Source: Lama glama
Taxonomy: Eukaryota
Length of the DNA: 64,000 bases
Assembly (NCBI GenBank): GCA_028534125.1
Contig: CM052817.1
Coordinates: forward strand, 86,182,001-86,246,000
Direction of reading: 5' to 3'
The position numbers and the translations under genes are program-made. Of the stretch, positions 14,268 to 28,085 are shown piece after piece (positions within the stretch are counted from its first letter, which is position 1; the number at the start of each line of letters is the position of its first letter). Under the pieces are notes generated by a model. It saw only the letters and a list, made by a program, of their open reading frames with translations. It searched no databases and had not been told where the DNA came from.

Positions 14268-14323
14268 TTCATGACTGTGGTTCTACTGATATGACCCTGG
14301 TTCATGACTGTGGTTCTACTGAT
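14268..14323. repeat. Short direct duplication, 23-bp core, 33-bp period
   Basis: 'ttcatgactgtggttctactgat' occurs at 14268-14290 and 14301-14323. Confidence 0.9.
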
Positions 14324-15427
14324 GTAACTGTGCTTCCTGACATAGTTTTACTGAATATCCTAACACACAATTTCTTTTTATATCACACAAAATTAGGGGG
14401 ATTTTTTTTTTGAACAGTTCATGTAATGGCAAACACAGAGTACAACTGAAATTAGGATTAGTTATCCTAGTTTTCACTCTTTCTTAGAAGCTCTAATATT
14501 TTCAATTAATACGTGAAAAAAATTCTTCTCACACATAGAAAATGATTAAAAAAAAAACTCAAATGCTGCAAACATAAAATAAGTATTTGATTTAGTTGAT
14601 ACAAAGCACCAAATTAAGTTCTATAATTAGGTAAATGATTCAATGTTGTAAAATTACTCACTTAAAAATAAATACTTATTTTTTATCTCATTGAAAGAAT
14701 TTGAAGAAAAAGTCCTATGGTAATACAACAAATAATTATACAAAGCACCTATTGCATATTTTCAGGGATTGTGGTAAGGATTACTGCCTTCAAAATAATA
14801 ACCATCTCCACTCTGCCTTAAATTCTATGACTAATATCTTATTTTAACTTAAGGAAAGTTCATGAGTTGGAAGTCTTAAGATGAATAAAGACTTACAGAT
14901 AAGGATTTTTTTTAATTTTAACATAACACTTTATAATTCAAAGAATTGAGAAAAAATTCCAATTTCTGGCTTTTCTGGGAAAAATAATCTGGCATTATGT
15001 GTCCTCAGTTTCCTATAGCAAGAAAAAAAATGTTAATAATGGGTATTCCTTTTAGATAGGACAAATGCTGTCTGATTCACCAGTTTCTGCACTGAAATAA
15101 TAAAGGCATATTCATTATACCCTGTTCAGACTCTTTACCTTTCTACTTTAACTCACCTAGGAAATGGAGTTTAATAAATCACCCAGATTTATAAATTTGT
15201 GAAATAAATATACCCCCCAATAGCAATACTTTAAAATTATCTTTAGTTCACAATGTAATGTAAAATAATTGGTTAGAATTGCCCCTGAAAGACAGAGTTT
15301 AATGGAAAAAAATAAGGAAGCTGTGAGTATCAGAGTATGAAGGTTAGTAAAAAGTCAATTCTTTGGAGGAAAATGGATACAATAAAAATACATATGTATA
15401 TTATCTTTCCTCCCATTTGATATAATA

Positions 15428-15983
15428 TTATGGTTATAAAATACAGCCTCAGAATTCTTCAACTTTCAATCCACTGAGAGATGAAGTCTATTATCTCTGA
15501 CCTTGAATCTGGGAGGATCTATGACTTCTTCTTTGATCAATACAACAGAAAAAATGTTACGTAACTTTTGAGATCTGGTCAGGATAGACCATGCAATTTC
15601 TGCTCAGTCCTCTCAGAATAGTCACTCTCAGGATGTCCTCTCTGTTGCCAGGCTGGAAACAACCTGAGCTATGTGGAGAGACCTTGCATAAGGGTCCAGG
15701 TGACAAGCTTAGTTCATCCCTGGCTTCAAATGCTCAAGTCCAGGTGCCAGGTATGTGAATATAGAAGCAGTCTCACAGATGGAACTTCCTCAACTATTTG
15801 GGTCACCTCCAGGTATGGGTGTCTTCTCATCTGACACCCTATCATGAGGAGTAGGTAAGAGCTATCCTCACTATGCCCTTTATGAATTCCTGACCTGCAG
15901 ACTCTGTGACTATGATAGAAGTTTATTGTTTTATGCCAATATGTTTGAGGTGCTTTATTATGCAGCAAAACTACTGGAATACA
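15428..15983 (+). mobile_element. MaLR LTR (MLT1G/H-like)
   Basis: 'ccactgagagatgaagtctatt..ccttgaatctggg', 'gaattcctgacc' and the end 'tgttttatgccaat..ttatgcagcaaaactactggaatac'. Confidence 0.75.
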
Positions 15984-16439
15984 TAGAAACTATTTTCTTT
16001 GTTTCCTACAAGTCTCTATATAATCTGGCATCTGCTTACCTCTTCTATATTTCTTCCAATCGCCCTCTCACTCCTTATACTCAAACTAATGAAGTTTTCT
16101 TTTAGGATCGACCGAAAAAAAAAGTGTCCTTTAATACAATAGGTAAGTTGCATGGTTAATTGAAAAAAGGAATGCTATAGTCCCAAGATATTTTACAAGG
16201 CTGGGCCATCTAATTCTTTTAGTTTCAAATGTTGCTGTCTTCAAATGTCACTCATTAGAACACATTTCCTTGACTACTTTTTCATGACTTCATCCTCTTC
16301 AGTTCATCACATTACTCTAGTAGCTGAAATATCACATTGCTCCTACCAGTCACTTAAAAATGTTTGCTATTGAATGAAAGGAACTCTGTATGTAATTTAA
16401 TATGATCTTCAGACAATGTGTGACCTAAGTATCAATATT

Positions 16440-16915
16440 TGTTTCAGTTAGGACAGATTTGGCTATAAGTAACAAAGCTTGCAAATAAAAGTAGTCAACA
16501 TGCAAGAGGCTTATCCTCTTTTACAAAAAAAGTGGGTGAAGGCAGTCCACAACTGGGAGAAAAGCAGAAGCACAATGACACTGAAGATTTGAGTTACATT
16601 ATTATTAGCATGGCGTATAAGGTTGCATGATGTCTATAGCATCTTGATGCATGATGGCCACATTCTAGGCAATTAAAAGAGGAAAGGTTGAAGCAGCAAA
16701 GGAAAAATGATCAACACATACAAATCAAGTGTGTACTGTTTTAAAGACTCTTGGAAACCTCACCTGTGAGATCTACTTATATATTGTCTGGATTAATAGC
16801 CACACCAGAAAGCATTGATATTTTAGCTTACCAGATAAAAAAATGAAGGCAAGAGAAAACATTTACGAATAGTTTTGCATAGCCTATCGCATAGCCTAAC
16901 ATCAGTGTCTGCCAA
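16440..16915 (-). mobile_element. MaLR LTR (old MLT1J/K-like), antisense
   Basis: Starts 'gtttcagttaggacagatttggctataagtaacaaa' and ends 'agcctaacatcagtgtctgcca', as antisense old MLT1 LTRs do. Confidence 0.6.
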
Positions 16916-17116
16916 GATCTTTTTTTTTTTTAATGTATCAGAAAATCATCACACAAAGTGGCTGGCTAATTAACTTATTTTTTATACTTTAAGTGAAAAA
17001 AAAATGTGTGCATGTGTTTATAAGACCAATCCATATCTGCAGACTGGACTGCAAAAGACTTTTTTTCTCTCTCTCATAGGTGTATCCCCTCTGAAGGCAG
17101 CCTTCACACAAAGGAA

Positions 17117-17118
<2 letters not shown>

Positions 17119-17167
<49 letters not shown>
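17119..17167. repeat. (TAA)n microsatellite, about 16 units
   Basis: Uninterrupted TAA run seen directly. Confidence 0.97.
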
Positions 17168-17169
17168 TA

Positions 17170-17350
17170 ATAGCCATGATCTATTGAGTTTTTCTTATAT
17201 AGCAATTTAACCTACCTCTCTACAGTCAATACTAATAGCTCTACTTTTCAAATAAGGAAACTACAAATGAGAGAGGTTCAAAAACCTGCCCTTATTACAC
17301 ACAGCTTATCAGCAACACAGATGAAATTGGATTCCGTATTTATGGAATTC
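17170..17350 (-). mobile_element. MIR SINE, antisense
   Basis: Antisense core-like 'ttttcaaataaggaaactaca..agagaggttcaaaaacctgccc..acacagct'. Confidence 0.6.
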
Positions 17351-19241
17351 CAAAGCCCCTGTTCTTATGCTTTATGCTCAATATGAACCTTGACTGAAGG
17401 GAAGAGATGCACGGCCACAGCTGACTGCAATCAGGGAAAACACCTGAGAAAACAGGCAAGCTACCGAAATATGTTCCAAAGTGAACAGCCCTGATTCTAT
17501 GAGGAACAAACATTGCCAAGCAAGTGCAAATACTGCCAAAGCAGTTCCTTAAGAAATACCCACACAAGTGTGTACCCATTTCATAAAAAATGTCTTCATG
17601 GTATTTGCCATAAGAAACTGTACAGATAAGCCTTGTATTTTCTGAAAAGTGAAATCCTGATGAGGCAAAGATTCCCTTTTTAAATATGCTTCTTTTATAC
17701 ATGCTTAAACATAGTTTAAAACATCTATTTGCCTTATAGCTGTTAATATGCTACTGTTCTTTCTGAATCTCCAAAAGGAAGCTTAAGTATATAAATTTCC
17801 CAAATTGATTTACATGTGAACATCACTTTCCCTTTTCACTCAATCTCAAGAAACTAGTGTCCCCAAGAAACACTATATGGGAGAATTGTTCTATGAGATC
17901 ATTAATGACCTGTTCTTGATTCTTCAACAGATATTCCTGAATTATAATACTTTACAGATTCTTAAAACACTGGTGCTTTGAAATATACATAGGCAGAATC
18001 CTTTCTAGCAGCAAAAAGTAAACACTTGGAGACACTGAACTGGGGACCATGATCACAACTTTAAGCTGCTTCTCTGGATTTGCCAAGACCAACTTACCAT
18101 AGAAAACATTCAATTATTAACTTGATGCCCATATCCTTGAATTTCCTTCAATATGTTTGTGGATTCTGATAAATAAGACACTAACTCTAGGGACACAAGC
18201 TTTAATTCTGAGCCTTCTAAAGTAATATTCATGACCTCCTGTTACCCATAGAATTCAAAAGTCCAAAGTAAACTGTACTTACTAGTTGAGGGTCATGTAG
18301 GGAAATGTTCAAAACCTGAAGGAGCCTGAAGGGTCTATTATATGGCAAACTCTTTTGCAATTTGGTTGAAATTTTCATACACGCCTCAATCATACCCTGA
18401 ATTCTACTCTAAGTCCAGTATTCTTATCTCTTTCTTATTGTCTTTCTAATATTTATATTGTGTTTCTATATTTCCTAATATTCCTATATTGTATTTCCAT
18501 ATTTCCTAATAGAATACAGAATGAACCTTTAATGAATAAGCAAAATAATTGTATGAGCTTTTCATAATCATTTTTAATAATGAAACAATTTTCACATTTT
18601 TTCCGTGAGTTTATCAAGATTTTTAAAAATTCTTTATAATTTAATGAAAGACAGATTTTTTAAATTTTTAAAAATTCTCCAGAATGACAAAAATCAGAGA
18701 AGTTTCTAGACAAATGAATTGCTCTCTTAATACATAAACAGAATAAGCATCATTATTTAGAACACATCATTTTTCCAATCTGAATGATCATAGAGAGGTA
18801 AGTTTTTTTTTGTTTCCTTTTAATTGTTTCAAAAAAAGACATGCCAAAAATTATGTCTCTCAGTGGGTGGCATACATAACTGAAAACAATTAAAAGCTAA
18901 ATTAATTAAAATTTTCATTATTTTAATTTTTGTTAATTTTAATATGAGTGATAAAGATTAATCAACATAAACTATTTTGTTAAGATATTATAGGGGAGAT
19001 TGGATAATACAGAAATAGCAATTATACAAAGTAAAAAGTGATACAGTGATATGATAAGGAAAGTGCAGATAAAATATTATAAAAACCAAATAAGAAGAGA
19101 ATGTTTCAAGTTGCAGGAAGTCGGGACATTTCTTTGGATGAGTTGACATTTAAACTAGTTTTTGGAAAGACTCAAGATAACAGAAAACCAGGCAAAAGAT
19201 ATGAACCGCCTCTCTGGATTGGAGGAAATACAAATGGTGAT

Positions 19242-19323
19242 AAACATATGAAACAATCCAAATACTGCTAATAAGTGAATTAAAACATATGAAACAATCC
19301 AAATACAGCTAATAAGTGAATTA
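19242..19323. repeat. 41-bp tandem duplication (one mismatch)
   Basis: 'aaacatatgaaacaatccaaatac(t/a)gctaataagtgaatta' at 19242-19282 and 19283-19323. Confidence 0.95.
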
Positions 19324-19624
19324 AGACAATTTTTCCTCCATTAGACTGTCAAAAATAAAATGAGAATGTAGAGAAATGGGCAGGCTCAACTATGCTGGTA
19401 TAAATTTATTACTGGGAGTTGTTTTAGAGTAAAATTCTTATATATTCTAGTCTGTAAATAATATAAAGCTCTGCCTTTCTACTTTTGGAAATGCACTGTT
19501 GATAACTGTGCAAGAATATCAACTGCAGTACTGAACTGCAATTAGAAAAACTGTAAATATTCATCAGTATAAGAATGGCTAAACAAAAACAGTTTACTCA
19601 TTATGCAGACTATAATGCCACCAT

Positions 19625-19860
19625 TACAGCATAATGGTTAATGACATGACCTCTGAAAACAGAACCATCTGAATTTGAATCATTTGTTCCCTGTATTGAC
19701 CTTGAGAAAAGTACTTAGTTTGTCTTTTTTTCTCTTCTGTAAAATGGAGGTAACAGTATTACCTATTTCATTAGTTTGTCATGATTAAATGAAATAATCC
19801 AGATATGACATGTAACAGTCAGTGGACAGAGAGCACCCAAATAAATTTGTCTAATATGAT
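19625..19860 (+). mobile_element. MIR SINE
   Basis: 'agcataatggttaa..tgaatttgaatc..gaccttgagaaaagtactta..ctgtaaaatggaggtaacagta..acct..gattaaatgaaataat'. Confidence 0.8.
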
Positions 19861-20927
19861 TAGCTTTATTATTTTTAATCCTAATGTTATTCTCATGATA
19901 AAACTATTCAGGTATATTGTTGAACTGAAAAAAGTACATTTCAAAATGACCCATTTTGATACACTTGATTTAAGGAAAGCATACTCACAAAAGTCAATTG
20001 TGCATATTTTCAATAGGTAAACGTACATGCATTTATAAATGCAATGAATATATCTGGGGAAAATACATATCAAACTGAAAACAAGTCACCTCTGAAGAAG
20101 GGACTAGGTTTGGGTAATATTCAAATGAGGCTTTAATTTTTTGAAATGTTTTCATTTTCTATAAGGAGTATGTATTATTTACGCAATTAGAAGAATTTAT
20201 ATATTAAATACTATGTGGTTGACTGGAACCTGTTAAAATGGATGGAGACGTGCTGCACATGAGTAGTAAAGTACTCAGGTGGTGAGAAATCAAGGTATCC
20301 TGCAGATGCCTAGAATAGTAGTTTTTGAGGTAGCATAGTTCCTTAGGTTGAGATGACAATTATTGACAATTATTATTAGGTTATTTCTCAATGCAAAAAA
20401 GATATTAGTCTTTTAAAGCTTTCACTGTAGGTTATCTGCAAAACTATGCCACTGTTCTCATTCCAGTTCAATATTCTGGTTACAAGAAAGCATTCTTTCT
20501 CTCTTTATTTACTCTTCAGTGATCTAACACCAATAATACCAGCCCATAGAAACAAAACTCAAGTATAACAAAAAGCACATTAAAGAGTCAAATATCACCA
20601 TGTAATAGACATAAAAACACCTTATTAACATTTTTATAACACTCTCAACCGAAATAAACAGACCACTCTCAATTTTAACATCTGGTTCCCAACAATTCTT
20701 ATTTGGGTGATAACTTTTTTAAAAACAAATGCTGGGCATTTTTCATCAACTTTTTCATCAAGTAACAGCTGTTCCTTTAAAACAAAGTGAATGCATGTTG
20801 GAAGTGTTACTGATGCTCACTTCTGTTTTGTTTTGTGTGAAAAATCTTCACACTGGATGCAATTCAGAAAGACAAATGACTTCAGATGTTTTGAATGGGT
20901 ACTGTAGCACTAGTCTGAATGCAGTTT

Positions 20928-20946
20928 GTGTGTGTGTGTGTGTGTG
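20928..20946. repeat. (TG)n microsatellite
   Basis: Short TG run seen directly. Confidence 0.9.
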
Positions 20947-22154
20947 ATTTTTAGAATACTTTCAGCCATAATTTCTATATTCAAAATTTACATTCAAATT
21001 ATAGGCGGAAGAATATATTCTTCAGGACAAAAGCATTTCTGTTCTCATGTGCTCTTAGGTCATCCATCATATCAATCATTTATCTTCATAAAGTGTTAGG
21101 CCATGAATGATAACTCACTACATCAAAACACAGCAAATGCTCATGAAAGAAACAGATATGGTTCTTCTGTTCTTGAGTGCATTTCCACCAGATTCCCTTA
21201 GGATAATTCCCTTTTCAACTTAAGCTATTACTTTTTTTTTTTTTTGCTGAATTCAAATCACCTCATCGTGCTGGAACATGTGGAGACAAATATCCACAGA
21301 TGTTTGCCTGAAGGATCAGGCATATTTAAAGGCAACTTAATTATAAGACACTATGAAGTTCTCCCAATTAATTTGGAGCTAAATATTCTACATCTGCTTA
21401 GTCGTTCATAAAACTTAAAGAAATATTTATTTTCATATAATTATGGATTTGGTCATAGGTTAAAATTAATGTATGTTGTCATTTTGAAACTAAATTACAC
21501 CAAATTTGTTTTGACAGTGTTTACTATAACATTAAAAAACACATTTCTGCTAATATCTACTATTTTGTCATCTATTTATTTCATGTTGCATTTGCATATA
21601 TTCCCAAGACACACAGTTTATTTTCTTGGTTCTTTGCCTTTGTGAATAACACAGACTCTGTCTGGATCACTTTTCTATTATCATTTTAAATTATATTACT
21701 TTTGATCCATTTTTTCTCTTTTCCTGCACAAGACATTCTAAGATTCACCAGCTTTTCAAATAATTCCACCCTACACTTGAACCTCCTATTCTTAGCAGAA
21801 GGAATTTGTCTTCTATTTTCCAGAATAACTAATTTCCTCATTTTGTAGTTGCCAACTTTAATTTGTATCAGTCCCTAGCTTTTTCCTTTCCATCTCTTAG
21901 GAAAAGATGACAGAGGAATACCTTGACTCCCATACTCATAAATCCTGATGCAATCTCCTGATACTGCCACTAGGATTTTGTTCCATTACTTTATGTTTAT
22001 ATTTCTATAATATAATGTTTATTATATATGAACATGTTTATTCATTTACATTATACTGTCCTCTATTATATCTTTTAATTTTACTTCTCTTCCTTGAGCA
22101 CATGGGCAAATTTAAACTAAAATCTTTCTCATGAACAGAGGCAGGTTTTCAAGC

Positions 22155-22380
22155 CAGAGACACGCAAACTACAGCCAATGGGCCAAATCCTGGTTGCCAC
22201 CTGCTTTCGTAAATAAAATTTTACTGGAACACAGCAACTCTCATTTGTTTATATATTGCCTCAGGCAGTTTAAGCACTATAAAGTCAGAGCTAAGTAGTT
22301 ACAACACTGACAGCATGGCCCACAAACCTAAACTATATACTATCTTGCTCTTTACAGAAAATATTTATCGGACCTTGTTC
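22155..22380. mobile_element. hAT-Charlie DNA transposon fossil (MER58A-like)
   Basis: 'caaactacagcc..gggccaaatc..gtaaataaaattttactggaacacagc..gtagttacaaca..tggcccacaaacctaaa..tactatct..ctttacagaaaa'. Confidence 0.8.
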
Positions 22381-22640
22381 TCTGGTCGTAAGCTAATGAA
22401 GTTCAAGTTTCAGGATACCTCATTTGTTTTAACTTTTTCCAATTTTGAATTTGTGGTTTTGTATTCTTTCTTAAAGAGCCCTTGCCCTCCAAACTGAATA
22501 TGCCAGAGACCCCACAAAAGATGAATCCATTCTAGCTCATGTATATAATCCTCTCCAGTTATTATTTCTTGCCATCATACTGCTTCCTTGGAGAACTAAG
22601 CTTCTCCAAAGAATCTTAAATATTTACCCTCTTTTATGAA

Positions 22641-22908
22641 GAATTATTTATTCCTCTAGCCACTTAGAACTCTTATCTGGGTCCTGCATTCTATCATGGT
22701 TACTGATGGGTATTCTTAATTTATTTTTTAACATGACTTGTTATAGCTCACTTTATGAAATTTTGTCATTCTTTGAATTCTTTATTCCTCTAGCCACTTA
22801 GAACTCTTATCTGGGTCCTGCATTCTATCATGGTTACTGATGGGTATTCTTAATTTATTTTTTAACATGACTTGTTATAGCTCACTTTATGAAATTTTGT
22901 CATTCTTT
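22641..22908. repeat. 134-bp near-perfect tandem duplication
   Basis: 22647-22774 and 22781-22908 read identically. Both copies start with gaatt(a/c), and the sequence after copy 2 is taattct. Confidence 0.95.
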
Positions 22909-23049
22909 TAATTCTACAACACTTTTATCTCCAATTCTCCTCATACATTTATAAGTCATATGGGGACTAGGTTTCTCACCTACTCTTAGTCTTAAGTGTT
23001 GAAACCTTTCAAAGTTTCTGAACTCATTCCTTTATATGAGCATGATTTC

Positions 23050-26000
23050 TTGAGATAATACAAAATGACTGTAATGTGAAGTCAGACTTGCACAAATCTG
23101 TAATCTTACAGAGTATCAAACTTTACTAGTCAATTTCAATAATTCAGGCGATCACTAGTCACTGGCAAAGTAGTGTTCAGATATCTTAGTCAGGTCATTG
23201 GTTCTTTCACCAGATACTCCTTTGCCCAGGCAGATAGATGGGACTTCTAGGGAAATGTGTCAACACTTCACTTACATAGAATGATCTTTCTACACATAAA
23301 ATATGCTCATTTTTATACTTAGAGAATGACATAACTTATGTGACATTTTCCAGGGAGTCACGTCCCATAAACATATGGATCCCTGCTCTACTAACCAAAG
23401 CAATCCTAAACAACTTGGCACATTCCACTAAAAGCATTTCATACGCAGTCATCCTCCGGCTAGCAAAAAAAAAAAAAAAATCAAAATAGCGGAATCTCTG
23501 GGATCTCCCTTGTCAGTATGTTTACACAGTCTTACTGGGTCACATGCTTTCTTGGTGTGCTGAGAGGGCCTCTCCTCGATAACAGGAGAGAATCACAGAC
23601 TAGCTGTTAGAACCTTAACTTCCTCATCCGTCCTCTGACCTTGTCAACATCTCAGTGCCAAACATTTGTGGTACATTTCCACTATTTACCTTACAACATT
23701 TTCTGCAGTATTTCACTTAAGCAGACTAACACTGACTTTGATTTGAACCATTCAACAGAGAGCAGGAATTCCTCCTACAAAGTACATCATTTGTTAACAT
23801 CTCCCTTTATAGGTCTTACGACTTTCATTTACCAACTGAATTATTTTTTTCTCCAACAGCTTTAACTATTTGCATGTCTATGGGATTATTTAATTGAATA
23901 TTTAATTTTTCTCAAATCATTTTTTTCTGAAAAAAAATTCAGTTTCTACTGATTACACTTTAATTGGGGTTGGGGTCTTCATATCAGCTTCCATGACATT
24001 TTCTCATTCAGGGATCATCCTCTACATAAATCTAGTCTGCATTTAATTCTGTCACTGAAATTATAACCCTTATTTAGCTATGACAAATGTCTGATACACC
24101 TTAAATAAGTGAAAATGATATTCTTTTCAGGCAAAAATGCCTTTTTTTCTTATACATCATATATTCCCAGTGACTGGCGTGGTGATTACAAGTTTATGTT
24201 CAAAAAAATCTTAAAAAGCCCATGTTCAGGGAATTCTGTATTTTATGATTCATGGACATAACCCTATCCTAGATATATTCCAGTTCTTTACAGACACTGT
24301 TTTTCACAAAGCTTTATGTAATAGAGCCCATTTAATTCCCATTCACAGCCTATGGATAAGAACCTTACTTTATCCATTCAGTTCTAACCAGCTCCATAAC
24401 ATGGGAGACAAATTCTTTTTTTTATCCATATGACATGGGCTGTTAGAGAATAATGCTAAAGATCACAATGTTTAGTGATATCAAGCCACAACTTATACTA
24501 AATATACTTTTCTCATAATTTTACTTGTTTAGCTTGGCTCACTATGAATTCCTGCCACTGAAATTTAAGAACATAATATTCCATAGTAATTAAAATATCC
24601 AATAGTCCTTTCTGGGTCAAGGTTCAAGCTTACTTGCAGTGCTGTTAATGATTATGGAAGAGTCACTATTCATTTGGAACGTTCAATCAGAGCTTTGTCT
24701 TCCTTCTTACCAGGTTAATTTCCAGCAGCAGCTAGTCTTCTAAAAGCAAGCTCTCTCTTAAGTGCCCCTATTTGAGGTGTTAAGTCTTTTGCTTCATAAT
24801 GATGGGTGTCCTGGAATAGTATTTCAAGATTCAATATTCCCATGACGGACTCCTACAATCCTTGCAAAGTGCCTGGCACAGGGAGCCTAGTGTTAATGAA
24901 TCTGCCGCACATGTTGATGGCATTGATTTAATGTGTAGTTCTACCTGCACTCCAACATATTGTACTTCATGAACTCTAAGTTAGGTACATCCTACCATCA
25001 AAGATAATATGGTTGTGCCAGAAGGCTTCCCATAAATGACCATTGTGTACCTCTGGAGGGGAGTTATTTGTCATTTTGGAACAACAAATCAAACACAAAT
25101 CCACATTCTCTGAGGCTTTCTGGGTTCCATTTCTGCATTCTTTATATTAATTCCATCAACATTCACACTGATATGTTTGAAGGAATAGATGAGATCAAGC
25201 TGTAACATACCAAGCAGGTGGCCACTATTTGCTTTCCATCACACCCGGGGAGCTGTCTTAGCAATGTATCATCTTGATTTATGGCCACACAGGGTACAGA
25301 AACGATACACAGCCTCCTCTGGTTTGCAAAATTCACTGGTAATATTTTTCTTAAAAAAATTTTAGAATGGTAAACAAAGCCTAGGAATTGGATAACTATA
25401 GTCAATTACCCAAAAGCTGAGTCATCAGAGGGCACTTTGTCACTTACTTTATCCAAATTGTACAGGTAGAACATTCAAATCAGTAGAAGTCCAATTTCCC
25501 TCTTCTGCAGAAAATAGGCCATGAGATTTCTACCAACATTGGTCATTTGTTTGGATAAGAATGGCAAAAGATAAGTTAAATATTACACCCTTGCTCTGAG
25601 CTGCTCTTATGGAAATATTGTGATGGCTTCTCTCTGTGGTGATGTAATCTTCTAAACATCTTTCCCATCTACTACAAGCTCATTCTATTTCCACACACCT
25701 CCTCCCAATATCAGGACTTTGCAACTCATCACACATAATGTTTACACACACAGACGTAACAAGAGCTTTGCTAGCACACCCAAACAAATGTTTTAGGGTT
25801 TGACAAAGTACTCAGGGATGTCTCCTCTGCTTGGTAATTGAGCTGCATCCCCCCTAATTTGGCTAAAAGAGAGAAAGTTAAAACCCACCATAAATTACCT
25901 TGTAGACTAAGCACTGTCAAATTCAATGTTATGGATATCATGTCCTGGGGACTCATATAACCTTACTTTCATACACAAATACTTAACTTGGGATTTAGAA

Positions 26001-28085
26001 CCATCATTAGAGACAAAACAAAAGACAGTTTCATAGGTGGGAAAGATATAAAATTATGCTATTACATTTTTTCCTCATTACCACCTGAAGAGTCTAGAAA
26101 ACTTTCCAGTAGATTGTGTGAGTTACTTCCCATATTAATCTCAGGACACAATGATTTAACTAAATCAACCCTTAATAATTTTTGAACAAGAGGCCTATGT
26201 TTCCATTTTTAAATGAGTCACATAAATTATGTAGCTTGCCCTGCCTGTTTGCATTGGATGCTTTATCCAATGTAACAGCATGTGCCTTTCGAGTGGATAA
26301 TAATACGGAGGTACCACAGGTATATTTTGGGTCGAAATCCTGAGAGGTTTGAACTGATGGCCCCATTTAATTTTCTCAAAAGGGCTCTAGCCTGAGTATG
26401 TTCTAATATCTGACAGACTGGATTGGATCACAAGGGCCCAATGCTTTTGCCTACTATAAAACTTTTAATGCTGGTTAAAATTCAGCACAGTAGTGAGATA
26501 AAGAGTATGCCACCCAAATTTATGCCTGCTTGGAACCTTAGAATGTGAACTTCTCTGGAAATAGTTTTTGCAGCTATGGTTAGTTAAGATGAGTTAAGTT
26601 TTCCACAAGGATACATAAGGCTCCTAAGGCAGAGGGGTGTCACCTGGCCCCCACTCACTGTACTGTCTATGTCAATAGTACTAACTAAGGTGTTATCTCT
26701 AGATAATATAAAGTCTGTCTAAGGTTACTTACACTTGTCACATTCTTCTCATATGAAAGGAGTATACCATGGGTGACTTGGGGAGGGGCTGGAGCAGTCA
26801 CCACCTCACCATAGTCTAAATCCTGCCTGAGCCCCAGCAGCAGATGGGCTATTAATAGTATCTGGAAGTGACTTTTCAAAAGTTTGCAGCCACTTAATGA
26901 CTTGTCATTAATCCAAACAGTCCCTTCCATTTGAAATAACAGAATTGTAACAGGTTCTTCCATCATTAATTTGAAGAATCCATGCCATTAATGATATGCC
27001 AATCTTCTGTTGGTAAATGTACATTTCTTTAATAAAATACTCTTAATATTCAGTCATCACCTGACCTTGACCTCCTGTTTCACAAATAGGTTTTCAAGTA
27101 ATCAATGACTTGAGTCATTTCCAAGGGGATGTGAGACTTCTCCAAGAAGCCAGAAAGACACAAGCAGGCCTTCAAGTGAAGAAAAGTCTGATCTTACATA
27201 TTTCCCCAAAATAGTATCCCTTCTACTACTAAAGGCTGGACTTTTACAGATGTGCTAGCAAAACCAGTAATAAAATTTTCCAGCTTCCCTTTGTCCTTGT
27301 ACTCTGTTTCTGTGCTCCCAGATCTGCCTGTTTCCTCTATTTCCTTTCAGTGTTAAGACTTATCCCCTTAATATGCTTCAAAGCTCTCACCATGTCACAC
27401 CACCGAATAGAAAAACCATTTTGGAATCAAAGTCTCATATTCTTCCGTTAGTTCCTTTCACATAGGAAAAAAAACTCCTTGAGCATTACTATTGGGGAGT
27501 CTTAAAAAGAATCCTGTCCACAAAATCGATCTGAAGTCACACAAACTATTTAATTGTTAAATCAGACTCACAAATCAGAGAACTTTTTCAGTATGAGCTT
27601 TACTAATAATTTCAAGGATACAACGATGAAGCCTTGATGAAATAGGGAAAGGTTTGGAGCCCAGTGTAGAAGCCCAAGTTCTCTTTGGTCATTGATTGTG
27701 CTCTGCCCCAAGTCCCTAGATTCAGTTTCTAAGTAAAATGTTCAATTACTTACACAGATAGACTTTTCTTAATCACAAAACATCTCCTTTTTTACTTAGC
27801 TCATGGCATAGCTAACATGATATTTTCCTGGGAATCGTGATGTCAAATGTATGAATTTCTGGTTTATCATAAGCAATTCTGGATAACCCTGCACAATCTG
27901 CTAAAAGCATTTTATAGATAAGGATGCTCCTGATACCAAAAACTATTTAGTCGATTTTCCAGAATCCCTGAGTTAGTATATTTACAAAAAGATTAGACCA
28001 AACACCTGCCTTTTGTGTTTCCCAGGAGCTTCTTCCCACACCTGTCCCATCAGGGAAGAGAATTGATCTAGTGGTACCATCCCTA
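23050..28085 (-). mobile_element. Heavily decayed ERVL-like (class III) LTR-retroelement internal region with 5' LTR remnant
   Basis: On the - strand an LTR-like remnant (~28085-27943) is followed by a PBS-like 'TGGTATCAGGAGC' (27938-27926), resembling the tRNA-Leu-type TGGTRYCAGGAG of ERVL. Further on are decayed pol-like peptides: RGTQWSFMG (~25055-25030, like the RT 'G.QYTF..LP.G' motif) and QPMSYG*KKNLSP (~24440-24405). No long ORF. The left boundary is uncertain. Confidence 0.55.

Noticed and set aside
17004..17210. ORF with a poly-isoleucine tract
   Set aside because: It is simply the translation of the (TAA)n microsatellite.
14268..22908. CRISPR-like or other repeat-spacer arrays
   Set aside because: There are only isolated two-copy tandem duplications in mammalian DNA, with no repeat-spacer periodicity and no associated genes.
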